A stretch of 64,000 nt of DNA from Clostridia bacterium (GCA_017510825.1 JAFWMA010000004.1:40987-104986); one strand, 5' to 3'; positions 30,771 to 41,983 are shown, counted from the stretch's first letter. The notes: generated by a model not told the origin, from the sequence alone. Numbers and translations: made by a program.

Positions 30771-31090
30771 TTATGCCAAGTTTTTGTTGTTTAAGAAAGT
30801 TATTTTGAAGCTCTCTATACTCGCATTGTCGCAAGGATATCTTTTTTACTGTATGACTGTTGTAGCTTTAATTCTTTCAAATATTTTTTAACTTTGTCTG
30901 ATGTGTACTGGCTTCCTAAGTCACTGTTAAAGATTGCATTTTCTTTGTTCTTAAGATCCTCCTTATCTTATAACAGATGAAACAGGTATAACATAGTGTT
31001 CTTCGTCTAAACTCACTAATTCATCAAACAAACATATTAGTCCGCCTTTACCAATTTTTTGTCTACGTTTTTTTAATTCCTTGCTTTATT
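30771..31090 (-). mobile_element. IS3-family transposase (OrfB DDE domain) remnant, frameshifted
   Basis: Reverse-strand frames give ...IFNSDLGSQYTSDKVKKYLKELKLQQSYSKKDIPCDNASIESF..., which matches the HSDRGSQYTS / GNPYDNA..ESFF blocks. Local GC is higher than the surroundings, and the frames are disrupted by stops. Confidence 0.55.
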
Positions 31091-31118
31091 TTTTGGAGTA
31101 GTGTTGTTTTATCAAAAT

Positions 31119-31970
31119 TTACACATTCGGTCCCTTTATAAATTCTCCTGTTCCCTGGTTTGTGTAAAATTCTCTTTCAACAGTATCATATAAGCCAATT
31201 GTTCCCTCTTGACATTGTTTGTTGTTAATATCTGTTACAGCAGTAGTAGAATAGCATGGAATATAATAATGTTCTAATTTTTCTTCTTCAAATATTTTTG
31301 CATAAAAAATTCTCTGTTTAGTACTTGTTATAGTCCCAAAGTTATTATGTCCCTTAAACAAATAAATTGATAACATTTTTTCTTTAAAATCTAATATATA
31401 ATTGTTATTAGATATATTGTCAATGCATTGTAATCCATTTGAAATATAATATTCATGATACTGTGTGTCAAATGGTATTGTTGCTCCTTTTCTTTGATCA
31501 TTACTTATATATGCAACTAAACAGTTATTTCCATAGCTTCCTAATGCAAACCATCCTTTATAACCTCCTAACACACTTCCACACCAATTTATTGATGATG
31601 GATCATTATCTGTCATGGTTGCTCCAACACTCATTGCGGTATCTATTGTTGGTATAATTTTAGTATCAATAAATTGTGTTCCTGTACTTTCAATGTATTC
31701 TACCCTTTGATATTCACTTGGTAAATTAATAGTTGTTTCATCAATTAATCTGATTGCTTCTTCCATTTGTATTGTTTCTTTTTTAGTGGCATTTGCCATT
31801 GAGTTTGATGCATAAGTTGCTTTTTCTATTACCCCATTGTTACTTAATGCCAAATTTAACGTCACCCCGGCTAGTATTAGTAATACTATTATTGTTACAA
31901 CTAAAGCTACTAGGGTCATTCCAGCTTGTTGACATTGTTGTTGATTTTTTTTGCATCTTTTTTTTTCCAT
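31119..31970 (-). CDS. pilin-like family protein P1 (conserved N-terminal helix, variable C-terminus)
   Basis: ...CQQAG|MTLVALVVTIIVLLILAGVTLNLALSNNGVIEKATYASNSMANATK.... It is paralogous over its whole length to the 35200..36165 product (RVEYIESTGTQ..., ...IPCY.TT.V.D...). Confidence 0.5.
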   Translation of the reverse strand: MEKKRCKKNQQQCQQAGMTLVALVVTIIVLLILAGVTLNLALSNNGVIEKATYASNSMANATKKETIQMEEAIRLIDETTINLPSEYQRVEYIESTGTQFIDTKIIPTIDTAMSVGATMTDNDPSSINWCGSVLGGYKGWFALGSYGNNCLVAYISNDQRKGATIPFDTQYHEYYISNGLQCIDNISNNNYILDFKEKMLSIYLFKGHNNFGTITSTKQRIFYAKIFEEEKLEHYYIPCYSTTAVTDINNKQCQEGTIGLYDTVEREFYTNQGTGEFIKGPNV

Positions 31971-32131
31971 TGTTTTACTTTTCTCCTCTATGTTTTTTAT
32001 CTTTTTTCTTTCAGTAGATTTGATATTTTTATTATATGCATAAATTTACTTAAATTGTCAACGTTTTTTGCTTTTACTGGATTATTACATATATTTTATA
32101 CAATTAATTAAATACTTTGAAATTATTAGTT

Positions 32132-33524
32132 TAAGTATAATGCTAATCTAAATCCTATATTTCTAGCATACATTCCAGTTATAGTTTTTCCATTTATTTT
32201 AATTGAACATGCAGCAAAATTATTAGCTCCTATCTTCCCTGGGTAACTAAACGCTCCTCCGTCTAAAGCTCTTATATGATGTTTCAACCCATTCTCCTAA
32301 ATTACCTGCTAAATCATATATGTTTTTTGCTTTTGTTTGTTCAAAAGAACCTGTGTTTATAATGCCTGTTGTTTCTGAAAATGTATCATCACTAAAATTT
32401 CCCCAAGTTTCACATTTACTCTTAATCTGATCTAGATTCTTATCACCAGATTGTACTATCCATCCCATAACTCTGTCCCATGCTGGTCCAGTTAATAATG
32501 AACTATTAAGTTCTGGATTGAATTCTTTAGCTTTTTCCAGCGCATTATCATAATAAATGTAATTCCATAACATATTATCAACTAATGCTACATTTGAAAC
32601 TGTCCTACTACTTGTTGAAGGTTTACTAGCAGGTTTATTATTCACATATATTACTTCATACCTTCCTACGTAGAAACCTCCATTTTGTTGTATTTTTTCT
32701 CTGTATGCATCATCTTCTGAATAGTAATTTAGATTCGTAGTGGTAGTTGGTTTATTCTCATAGGAATCTAGTGCATATAAGCTTCTTACTACTAGTGTCT
32801 TCTTAACAGTGTCACTTGCTGTATTTACTTCTACTTGGTAACCACCATTGTATGTTGGCTCTATATTATTGTTTTCATAAGACATTCCACTAGCGTTAGC
32901 TAGACTTATTTCTTCTCCAATTGGGTCAATTAGCTTTATTTCTGTAATATTCTCTTCGCTACTTACTTTTAATCTAATCTTTTGGTTTTTATCTACTGGC
33001 ACCCAAACAAATTCGTTCCCGTCTCCATCTTGTATTACATATCCTGTATCTTTTGTTCCTTCTATATGTGTAAATCCATTTGGTAATGGAATATTTTCTT
33101 CTTTAACTGTTGTTCCAACTATTGAAAACTCTTCTATTTTTATTTTGCTTTCTTCTGATGTTGTAGTTTCGTCATTTAGATTTATTATAGTCCTAATTCC
33201 TTCATAATTTACAATTAAGTTTTCTCCCTCTACTGTTACACTTGAATCATTCAGTTCTTCCTCTAGCTTCTCAGCTAATGTGTTTCTATCCCATCCTTCT
33301 TTTTCTCCGTCAATTGATACTGCCATCCAAGCCATTTGTACAGTCTCTTGTACTGTTTTTTTGAACGAAACATTTGATGCTTCTTTCACTTTTTGTATAA
33401 CTCCGTTATTATTTAGTGCTAAACTAATTGTTACTCCGGCTAGTATTAGTAATACTATTATTGTAACAACAAGTGCAACAAGGGTAATTCCCTTTTCCCT
33501 CAAACTTTGACTTTTGTATTTCAT
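32132..33524 (-). CDS. pilin-like family protein P2 with a C-terminal FGE-sulfatase (SUMF1)-like domain, frameshifted near the C-terminus
   Basis: MKYKSQSLREKG|ITLVALVVTIIVLLILAGVTISLALNNNGVIQK.... The C-terminal NIYDLAGNLGEWVETSY matches the NxYGLYDMxGNVWEW block. The track ORF stops at 32247, but the +1 frame continues ALDGGAFSYPG...ARNIGFRLALYLN* (an RGGSW / GFRCA-like end) to about 32132. Confidence 0.5.
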
Positions 33525-33701
33525 TTTTATTTTTTCTCCTTTTTTTATAGTACGTCACTCTTTTCTTGCTTTTGGCTGTATATTAAATATAATTTCGATT
33601 ATTACACTATTAGATATAAGTTTTCTGTTTTTGTTTTATTTATGTTAAGCCCTCCGGTTTGTGTTTCTTTTTAGCTTGTTTTCCTATTATGTATTAGATT
33701 A

Positions 33702-34979
33702 CTATACAATACTAGTTTTTGGAATAGCTACTAACGGTCTAAATCCACTGCCTGCACTATTATATGAATAATTCATTATCCAACTATATTGACCACTTAC
33801 AGCACAAACATAGTGTGCTTGGTATGCACTTGTTGGAGAAGCTATCCAATATCCTTCTGCTTGACTTCTTGTTTTTATATACCACATGCTTGTTTCAGTT
33901 CCAAAAAAACCATATTTAGTAGCGTCTAAATAATATCCACTTACGTTATAACCATTAAATTCTGGCATTCTTAAATGCTCACTTATAGCATTCCATGATA
34001 GTGAGAACATCTCAATCGTTGGACCTCCTATAGCATATGCTCCATCTATTCCATCTGCAAAGCTACTCCATTTATTTGTATCCATCATATAGGCAACAAC
34101 ACAAATATTCTTTCCTTTGCCTTTTGGATATTTTTTTACCCATTTTAGGTAATTTTCTGTTAAATAATTACTTCCTTCTGTTTCGTTAAATGCTGATGAG
34201 GCAGAACCATCTCTATAAATTGTTCCTTCTGTTAAGACTCCGTCATTGCCATCGCTAGTAAATCTAGCTTTATATTCTGAATTGCTTACTGGTATTAGAT
34301 CGGTTTCTCCATATGTGGTGTCTCCTATCGTTACTCCATTACATGGCAATTCAGTATTTGGCACATAATCACTTGCTATTATGTATATATTGTCTGTATC
34401 AGTATAAAAGAATTGCCATTTTATATTTGGATGCAGTGTTGATGTATAGTTTATATCTTCTCCATAATAATTTCCAGCTTCTGAATTCGTAAGATTTTTA
34501 ACATTTGACAATTCTAAAGGTCTTGATGTTGCTAGTTCTTCAGCTGTTTCTAGGTCTAATACTGTTTCTTTTCCACTTTCCGTTATTTTATAAAAAAAAC
34601 TATTTCCAACCGTTAAAACAATATATCTTTCTCCATTTTTCTTCATTATTTTTGTTGTTATTTTTCCTATTAAGTTCAATGCGTTACTATTATTTAAATA
34701 ATTGGCTATTTCATCATAATAATTTCCTGTTTTTGTTTGTCTATATGTTTCTGCATAACCTCTTGCTAGTTCTATTTCTTGTTCTATTGTCGCTTTTGTT
34801 TGTGTGTCAAATGCCACCTCCGCTCGGTTTATTGCTCCATTGTCCCCTAATACTAAGCTTATTGTTACTCCTGCTAGAACTAGTAGGACTATCACAGTTA
34901 CTACCAAAGCTACAAGTGTGATTCCCTTTTCTCTTATACTTCTTTTCTTATGATTTTTCATTATCTTTTCCTTTTCCAT
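33702..34979 (-). CDS. pilin-like family protein P3
   Basis: ...SIREKG|ITLVALVVTVIVLLVLAGVTISLVLGDNGAINRAEVAFD.... 425 aa, C-terminus ...SGFRPLVAIPKTSIV. Confidence 0.5.
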   Translation of the reverse strand: MEKEKIMKNHKKRSIREKGITLVALVVTVIVLLVLAGVTISLVLGDNGAINRAEVAFDTQTKATIEQEIELARGYAETYRQTKTGNYYDEIANYLNNSNALNLIGKITTKIMKKNGERYIVLTVGNSFFYKITESGKETVLDLETAEELATSRPLELSNVKNLTNSEAGNYYGEDINYTSTLHPNIKWQFFYTDTDNIYIIASDYVPNTELPCNGVTIGDTTYGETDLIPVSNSEYKARFTSDGNDGVLTEGTIYRDGSASSAFNETEGSNYLTENYLKWVKKYPKGKGKNICVVAYMMDTNKWSSFADGIDGAYAIGGPTIEMFSLSWNAISEHLRMPEFNGYNVSGYYLDATKYGFFGTETSMWYIKTRSQAEGYWIASPTSAYQAHYVCAVSGQYSWIMNYSYNSAGSGFRPLVAIPKTSIV

Positions 34980-35199
34980 CTTTTTTTGAGATATATTTTT
35001 TTTTGATTATGTTTAATTTATTTTTAGATAAAAATACTTTTTGACCTTTAAAATTGAAATGTGTATTTTTATTCCATTTCATTAATTCTTTAAGTTTTAT
35101 AAATTTATAATTTATATTTATTTTAACTATTTGTTTATTTTTGGAGCACTCAGGTAGTTCCTCTACGAATTTATCCACACTCCAAGGTGTCGCACTTCA

Positions 35200-36165
35200 T
35201 CACAAATCATTTCCTTTTAAAAATGTTCCTGTACCTTGATTTGTATAAAATTTTCCCTCAACTGTGTCGTACATCCCAATTGTATCTTTAGGGCACGCAT
35301 AACCATTTACGTCTGATACTGTTGTTGTAGTGTAGCATGGAATAAAGTTTTTAATTTTTTGATTATTGTCCCAAAATGTAGCCCTATAAAATCTAATGTT
35401 AAAGTATCTTCCTCCCTGATAATTTAATCCAAACAAATAAATTGTTTTATTAGTATTAAAGTTAAAAGAATTGTTTGATTTATTGAAATCATATAATAAT
35501 TCATTATTGCAATAAAATTTTTTATCAATAATGCTTATATTATATTTTACTTCCTTTTCCCAATTTCTTATTTTCGGATAATTTCCTGTTCCAAAGTATA
35601 ATTCAAATTGTTGTTGTCCTCCTGATTTATAAAAATTCATTCCCCAATAGTCAATATTTTGTCCATTAGTTGAACCAAATGGATATCCATAGTTCATGCA
35701 CATCAGATCAAGTTTTCCATTTAGTGTAGCCTTAGGGATTATTCCCATATCAATATATTGTGTTCCAGTACTTTCTATGTATTCTACTCTTTGATATTCG
35801 GATGGTAAATTAATTACTATTTCATCTATTAATCTACTGGCCTCTTCCATCTCTTCTCTTTCTGTTTTTGTTGCGTTTGCCCATGTGTTTGATGTATAAG
35901 TTGCTTTTTCCATTATTCCATTGTTGCTTAATGCTAAATTAAGTGTTACACCTGCTAGGATTAGTAAAATTATTATCGTTACAATTAGTGCTACTAATGT
36001 TATTCCTGTTTGTTGATATTTTTTTTGTATATTGTTCTTTTTATTATTAAAAATACAAGTTCTTGCATGAGTATCTGGTGTTATGCGAGCCTTCAATGCT
36101 TTTTGCGACTTGCTTTTTTCCATCATTTGACTTTTCCTTCCTTTTGTTCTTTCTAACTTTTTCAT
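35200..36165 (-). CDS. pilin-like family protein P4 (start uncertain; the leader is unusually long if ATG 36165 is used)
   Basis: ...KKYQQTG|ITLVALIVTIIILLILAGVTLNLALSNNGIMEKATYTSNTWANATK.... Paralog of P1. Confidence 0.5.
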   Translation of the reverse strand: MKKLERTKGRKSQMMEKSKSQKALKARITPDTHARTCIFNNKKNNIQKKYQQTGITLVALIVTIIILLILAGVTLNLALSNNGIMEKATYTSNTWANATKTEREEMEEASRLIDEIVINLPSEYQRVEYIESTGTQYIDMGIIPKATLNGKLDLMCMNYGYPFGSTNGQNIDYWGMNFYKSGGQQQFELYFGTGNYPKIRNWEKEVKYNISIIDKKFYCNNELLYDFNKSNNSFNFNTNKTIYLFGLNYQGGRYFNIRFYRATFWDNNQKIKNFIPCYTTTTVSDVNGYACPKDTIGMYDTVEGKFYTNQGTGTFLKGNDL

Positions 36166-36450
36166 TCAGTATTTTTGATATTTTTATTTTATATATAATC
36201 TTCTTATATGTCAATAGTTTTTTTGAACTATAATATGTATTAAAAAATAAAGAGAATTTCAAATCGCAAAATGTAAAATCTTACAATAAAATTCTCTTAA
36301 AATATAGTTTATGAAATTCAAAATGTACACGCCATTTGTTACAGGCTGACTATTTTATTCTATCTATTCAATTATTTACTATGTCAAATTTCTCCGTCAC
36401 CAGTGGCACTAATCGTGCAAATTAAAATTGCAATATTTAATCTAGCATAT

Positions 36451-36597
36451 TTAGTTTTCTAAATATCTTTTTGCATCTTCTTCTGATATTTCTTTCATTG
36501 TTTCATTACAGCATTTAATGCCACAATTATTGCAATTACAATCAATTAATACTTTAACCATTGCTCCACATTTTTCACATCTTACGAATTTTTCCAT
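36451..36597 (-). CDS. small desulforedoxin-like (rubredoxin-type Fe(Cys)4) protein, 48 aa, absent from the ORF track
   Basis: MEKFVRCEKCGAMVKVLIDCNCNNCGIKCCNETMKEISEEDAKRYLEN. Its Cys7/Cys10 and Cys29-Cys30 spacing matches that of desulforedoxin / the desulfoferrodoxin N-domain. RBS AAAGGAGG lies 7 nt upstream. Confidence 0.5.
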   Translation of the reverse strand: MEKFVRCEKCGAMVKVLIDCNCNNCGIKCCNETMKEISEEDAKRYLEN

Positions 36598-36674
36598 TTT
36601 CTAACCTCCTTTCATATAAATATTTTCTTTATATCCCTGTATTTGAAATGTTAAACAAATAGTATCATATTTTT

Positions 36675-39600
36675 CTATTCTACACTTTTTAAGGATTCAA
36701 TCATTTTTACTTTTTTTAGCATAAAATGAACACCTATACCTATAATCAAAGCATAAAGCATAATAAATCCAGCTGTTTTTATATAACTAACTATCTCTAT
36801 TTGTTTTACTAAGTATATTTGACTAAAATTAATATTTTTTATCAATATATTAGAATACAGGTCTCCTACAACTATTCCTAACAAGATACCTAAAATAACA
36901 ATATTTAATTGTTCTTTTAAAATATATTCATCTACATTGTTTTCAGAATATCCCAATACTTTTAAAGTTGCAATTTCTCTTTGTCTTTCACTTATTGTTA
37001 TATATGCTAAACTATACATTACTACAAATGACAGCAATGCAGAAAATACAACTAAAACGACAATAATACTATCAAATGCTCTTAACATAGTTTTAAAACT
37101 TTCCTTTAAATAGCTTACAGACATTGTTGTTAACACATGTTCATTTTCATTTAATTCTGTTATAATGTTTTCGGTATTTTCTAAATTATCAAACTTTATA
37201 AAAGCACAGTTTATAAAAAACTTATCAATACTGTCTGTATAGGATTGCCTATTCATATAAATATAATTATCTACATAGTTTTCTGTAATAGAAGAGATTT
37301 TAAATTTTTGTAAAACATTATTGCTATCAACAAATTCTATCTCATCTCCAACTTTTTTATTAAGATTTTCAGCTAAATTTGAAGTTATAATTGCTTCATT
37401 ATCTTTTAATTCTAATATTTCACCGGTTTTATAATCTTTTATATTAAAAACACTATTAAAAGCGTTAATATCATTAGGAATTATGAATGTTGCTCTATTG
37501 TCTTGGAATTCAACTAATGAAGTTTTTACATATACTATTTTTTCTATTTTTTCATAATTAAATACTTCATTTAGTTCATTTTCAGTTAAAGATCCATCTA
37601 GATTAACAATTTGATCATAATCACTGATTTCAGTAAATTGCTTGTCTATAATGTTTAACATTGAATCTTTTATCGCATATCCCGATATTAGAAGTGAAGT
37701 ACATCCAACAAATCCTAATAATGACATTATTACTCTCTTTTTGTATCTAAATATATTTCTTGCCATTATTCTATTATTAAAGCTTATTCTTTTCCACAAA
37801 AAATTTATTTTTTCTAATAATATCTTTTTTCCTATTGGTGGTGAAATTGGTCTAAGCAATATTGTTGCATCTTGCTTTAATAATTGGTTTGCTACCAGTA
37901 ATGTTGCCCCCACAATCGCTATAAGAGCACATACATTTCCAACTATAATTGCCCAAATATTTATAGTTGTTTCAAATACTGGTACCTGGTATATATCATT
38001 AAATATATTATAACATAAATACGACAATCCATAATTTCCAATTATTGCACCAAAAATTCCACCTATTAAAGTAGCAAGTAGTGCATATAAAATATATTTT
38101 AATCTTATTTCTTTATTAGTAAATCCTAAGGCTTTCAATGTACCTATCTCTGTTCTATTCTCAATAGCCATTCTTGCCATTAACAATAAACTAATAAAAA
38201 TTGTAACAAAAATGAATATTACAGGAAATGTTTTTGAAAGATTATCAAAGCTTTTACATAAACTCATATACGTACTATATTCATAATTATCATTTCTATC
38301 ACTAATATAAAAAGTAGCTTTTTCTATATTTTCAAGTTCTTTTCTTGCATCTTTTATTTTTTGTTCTGCATCACCTTTTTTGTTATTATATTCTTGTAAT
38401 CCTGCATTATATTCATTTAAACCTGTATCATAATTTTCCTGTCCTTCATTATATTGCTTTAAACCTGCATTGTATTTTTCTTTAGCTGCATTCAAATTTC
38501 TTTTTTGTCTTTCAAGCTCTTTTTTATTTTTATCATATTCTGCATAGCTTGAGTTGTACTTTTGCAATCCTTCATTATATTGTTCTAGCCCTGCTTCATA
38601 TGTTTCTTTGGCATTATTTAGAGTTTTCTTTTGATTTTCTAATTCTTTTTGACCATCTTCAATTTGAACATATCCATCTTCAATTTTCAAAATTCCATTA
38701 GCAACTTCTGTTATTTGATTGAGAATTGTTGCATCTACATTATATAATACTGCAAGTTTTGTTAATTCTTGTATTGCCTTTTCTTTAGTTCCATATGTAT
38801 TTATTGCATTATTTATATTATTTAAAGCATCTTGATAAGATATATTATATTGTCCAATTTCTGTATCAATCTTTGACTTTTGACTATCTAGTTCATTTTT
38901 TGAACTAATCAATTTTTGTTCATAGCTATTAAGTTCTTTCTCTGATTTATCTAAATCATTTTTTGAATTATCCAAAGTGTTTTTTGTATCATCTAATTTT
39001 TCTTTTCCAGCATCTAACTCTGTTTTTGCACTATTTAACTTTTTTTGATATTCCTTAATTTTTGTTTCAGCATTGTCAATTTCTTTTTTTGAAAAATCTA
39101 ATACATTTTTGGTATTATCTAATTCTTCTTTTGCTGAATCTAATTCTGATTTAGCATTATCAAGTTCATTTTTAGCATTTTGTATTTCACTATTAACCTT
39201 TGTTTCTTCTTCATTAATTTTATTATTTGCTTCATCTATGATTCTTTGATACTTTTCTTTTTCAAGTTCCTCTTTAACTGTGTTTAAAGCTTCTTTATCT
39301 TTTCTTAGTATATCTTTATATTCATCAGAATCAACTTTTAAATCTTTGATTTTTTCATCTACTATATAAGCTGTTGTATAGTGTTCAAAATCAAAATAAT
39401 CATTCAATGCAAATAAACAAAAACTAACTCTACCAGAACCTACATTAGATGTTCCTCTTGTATTAATCATTTTATTTTTGATAAGAAAATCTGTACTTAA
39501 TGCAGAACCTACAATTTTTATTAGTTCTTCGTCTATCTTTATAGTATCGCCAACATGGATGTTTTGTAAATCATTTATACCATATTCTATTAACATTTCA

Positions 39601-39984
39601 TTCTTGTTTTCTGGTTTTCTACCTTCTTTAATAACTAATTTATTGCAATCATCCCTAATTTCATTTATTCTAACTATACTATTACTATTATGATTTTGTA
39701 TTATTATATCCTTTGACTTTGCCCCATAAACTTTAAAAGTCCCATCTAATTGTCTTATTTTTTCTATATCATTATCATCTAGTCCGAAGTGATGATACAA
39801 TCTTTATATCATAGCTATTGTTATCCTTTAAGTATTTATTAACCGATACTTCGAATGATTTACTTGCTGAGCTTAATCCAACAAAAAAGGAGACTCCTAA
39901 ATAACTAAGAATTACTAAGGAAAAAAATCTTTTATAAGATTTTTTAATTTCTCTAAGACTTAAAGTTATAATTCTATTTTTCAT
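36675..39984 (-). CDS. MacB/FtsX-type ABC transporter permease with a roughly 600-aa coiled-coil extracytoplasmic domain, split by a frameshift at about 39775-39800
   Basis: The 69-aa N-terminal ORF (TM1, ...NNSYDIKIVSS) and the 1041-aa ORF are in adjacent frames. The intact paralog at 44268..47759 aligns across the junction (...ENNYPDIKILTNLEDIDK...). The C-terminal region carries duplicated FtsX 4-TM bundles. Confidence 0.7.
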
Positions 39985-41288
39985 ATTTCTATACTTCCAA
40001 TATTTTTTTTATCATCTTTTAATATTTGATCTATTATTTTTGCAATTCCCATACTTAATTTATCAATTGTTTCCTTTTTATATCGATTAGCCATATAATT
40101 AATAACCATATATATATTTCCAGTATTTCCAATATCGTGTAAATTAATTAGAATGTCATATATATATGTTCCCTTCATTGGAGCCCAATTTATTTTACAT
40201 TTTTTCTTATAATATAAATCTGTATTTCTCATAACTTGATAAGAAAAATAAATCTTTGCTGCAATAAAACTTTTAATTCCCTTCTTTTTCAAAAGCTTTG
40301 TAACCTTTGAAACAGGATATTTATAATGTAAAGAAGCTCTAAATAAATGATTACTTGTTTCTTTAATATATTGTCCAATTTCTATATCCTTGATTTTTGC
40401 AAAGAAATATGCTCCATCAAAGAAAGGACCAAATGTATTTTTTTCCTCATGATTTTTTCTGTTACTTGTAACCATTTGAATCGTAAATTCATCTGACTGT
40501 GAAACTTTTCCAACATACAAATTGAAAACACTAGTAAAGAAACTATATTCTGATATTTTGTTTTCTTTACAATATTTTTGAATCTTTTTTACATTTTTTT
40601 TATCTAGTTTATATGTAATTGTTGCTGATTTATTTTTTTCCCCATTTTTGTCATAAGGAATAATCCCAGCTTTTGGATTTTTTAGCTTTTCAGTTTCTTC
40701 TTCCCAAAAAGCTTTATCCTTCTTGTATCTATTGCTTGAGAAATATTTCTGTTCTAATTCTAAATGTTTGATATATGAACCTGGATTATAGTCATCCTCC
40801 CCATTTCTATATATATTTATAATATCTCTTAGCGCTAATTCCATAGAAAATCCATCAGAAATAATGTGATTAAAACAACACACTATACCACCCTTACCAT
40901 CTTTAAATCTAACTAATTCTACTTTAAATAATCTATCTTTCGTTAAATTAAATTTAAAATTAGAATATCTATTTTCTATTTTTCTAACAGCACTTTCATC
41001 TTCAATATCAATAACCCTTATATTAATTGGTTTAAAATCTTCTATATACTGTCTTGGGCCCAATAGTGTATTACATATATGTATTCTTGTAGCTTCATTT
41101 TTTTCTACATATATATTTATGGCCCTTTTTAATTTTATAAAATCTAATATTTCATCTATCACTACTGAACCACATGGATTTATTTGTGCAGGTGCTTTAA
41201 AAAATTTATTATATAAAAAAATTCCTAATTGAGATTCTGTTAATTTGTATTTGTTCATTTGTTTAATTCCCTTTCTTTTAATTACCAT
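39981..41288 (-). CDS. stand-alone condensation-domain protein (NRPS C-domain / CAT superfamily, HHxxxDG)
   Basis: Core motif CFNHIISDGFSM (HHxxxDG) and an N-terminal LTESQLGIFL (C1-like). The ATGA overlap with the permease start, and the start overlapping the ATPase stop, indicate translational coupling. Confidence 0.55.
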   Translation of the reverse strand: MVIKRKGIKQMNKYKLTESQLGIFLYNKFFKAPAQINPCGSVVIDEILDFIKLKRAINIYVEKNEATRIHICNTLLGPRQYIEDFKPINIRVIDIEDESAVRKIENRYSNFKFNLTKDRLFKVELVRFKDGKGGIVCCFNHIISDGFSMELALRDIINIYRNGEDDYNPGSYIKHLELEQKYFSSNRYKKDKAFWEEETEKLKNPKAGIIPYDKNGEKNKSATITYKLDKKNVKKIQKYCKENKISEYSFFTSVFNLYVGKVSQSDEFTIQMVTSNRKNHEEKNTFGPFFDGAYFFAKIKDIEIGQYIKETSNHLFRASLHYKYPVSKVTKLLKKKGIKSFIAAKIYFSYQVMRNTDLYYKKKCKINWAPMKGTYIYDILINLHDIGNTGNIYMVINYMANRYKKETIDKLSMGIAKIIDQILKDDKKNIGSIEI

Positions 41289-41983
41289 TCTATGTTTTTT
41301 ATGCTAATAGGATTATCATTAATACTTATGTCTTCAGTTCTACCATTTTTAAACTTTATTACTCTATCAGCCATAGGAGCTATTGCAACATTATGAGATA
41401 TTATAATAGTTGTAATTTTTTCTTTTCTACAAGTATCTTCTAATAATTCCAAAACCTGCTTTCCTGTTTGATAGTCTAATGCTCCAGTTGGTTCATCACA
41501 TAAAAGAATTTTAGGCCTTTTTGCAATTGCTCTTGCAATACTTACTCTTTGTTGTTGTCCTCCTGACATTTGTGACGGAAAATTGTGCATTCTATCCTCA
41601 AGTCCGACTTTTTTCAAAGCTTTTTTTGCATCTAATGGATTTTTGCATATTTGAGTTCCTAATTCAATATTTTCTATTGCTGTTAGATTTTGTACTAAAT
41701 TATAAAATTGAAAAACAAATCCTATATCATTTCTTCTAAAATTCGCTAATTCTTTTTCTTTTAATTTAGTTATATCTTTACCTTCTATTATAACATGACC
41801 AGCTGTAACCGAATCCATCCCACCTAGAATATTTAAACAAGTTGATTTCCCTGAACCAGATTGGCCAAGTATTACAACAAGTTCTCCTTTTTGTATTTCA
41901 AAAGTTGCTTTATTCAATGCCTTAAGTTCAATTTCTCCCATTGGATATATTTTATCTACTTCTTTAAATTCAATGTAATTCAT
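41282..41983 (-). CDS. ABC transporter ATP-binding protein (MacB/LolD-type)
   Basis: Walker A GQSGSGKST, signature LSGGQQQRV, Walker B ILLCDEPTGALD. The start is MNYIEF with AAGGAG. Confidence 0.85.
   Translation of the reverse strand: MNYIEFKEVDKIYPMGEIELKALNKATFEIQKGELVVILGQSGSGKSTCLNILGGMDSVTAGHVIIEGKDITKLKEKELANFRRNDIGFVFQFYNLVQNLTAIENIELGTQICKNPLDAKKALKKVGLEDRMHNFPSQMSGGQQQRVSIARAIAKRPKILLCDEPTGALDYQTGKQVLELLEDTCRKEKITTIIISHNVAIAPMADRVIKFKNGRTEDISINDNPISIKNIEW

Noticed and set aside
33280-34921. Plus-strand ORFs 33280..33510 and 34505..34921 inside pilin-like genes
   Set aside because: They are antisense to the conserved pilin-like CDSs and are low-complexity L/F-rich translations of the AT-rich opposite strand.
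36047-36262. 71-aa minus-strand ORF overlapping the 5' end of P4
   Set aside because: It is a K-rich alternative frame over the P4 leader region. P4 in its own frame carries the conserved module.
41258-41288. Alternative start MNKYK for the condensation-domain protein
   Set aside because: Both starts are plausible. The upstream ATG overlapping the ATPase stop (ATGGTAA) fits translational coupling, so the longer ORF is reported.
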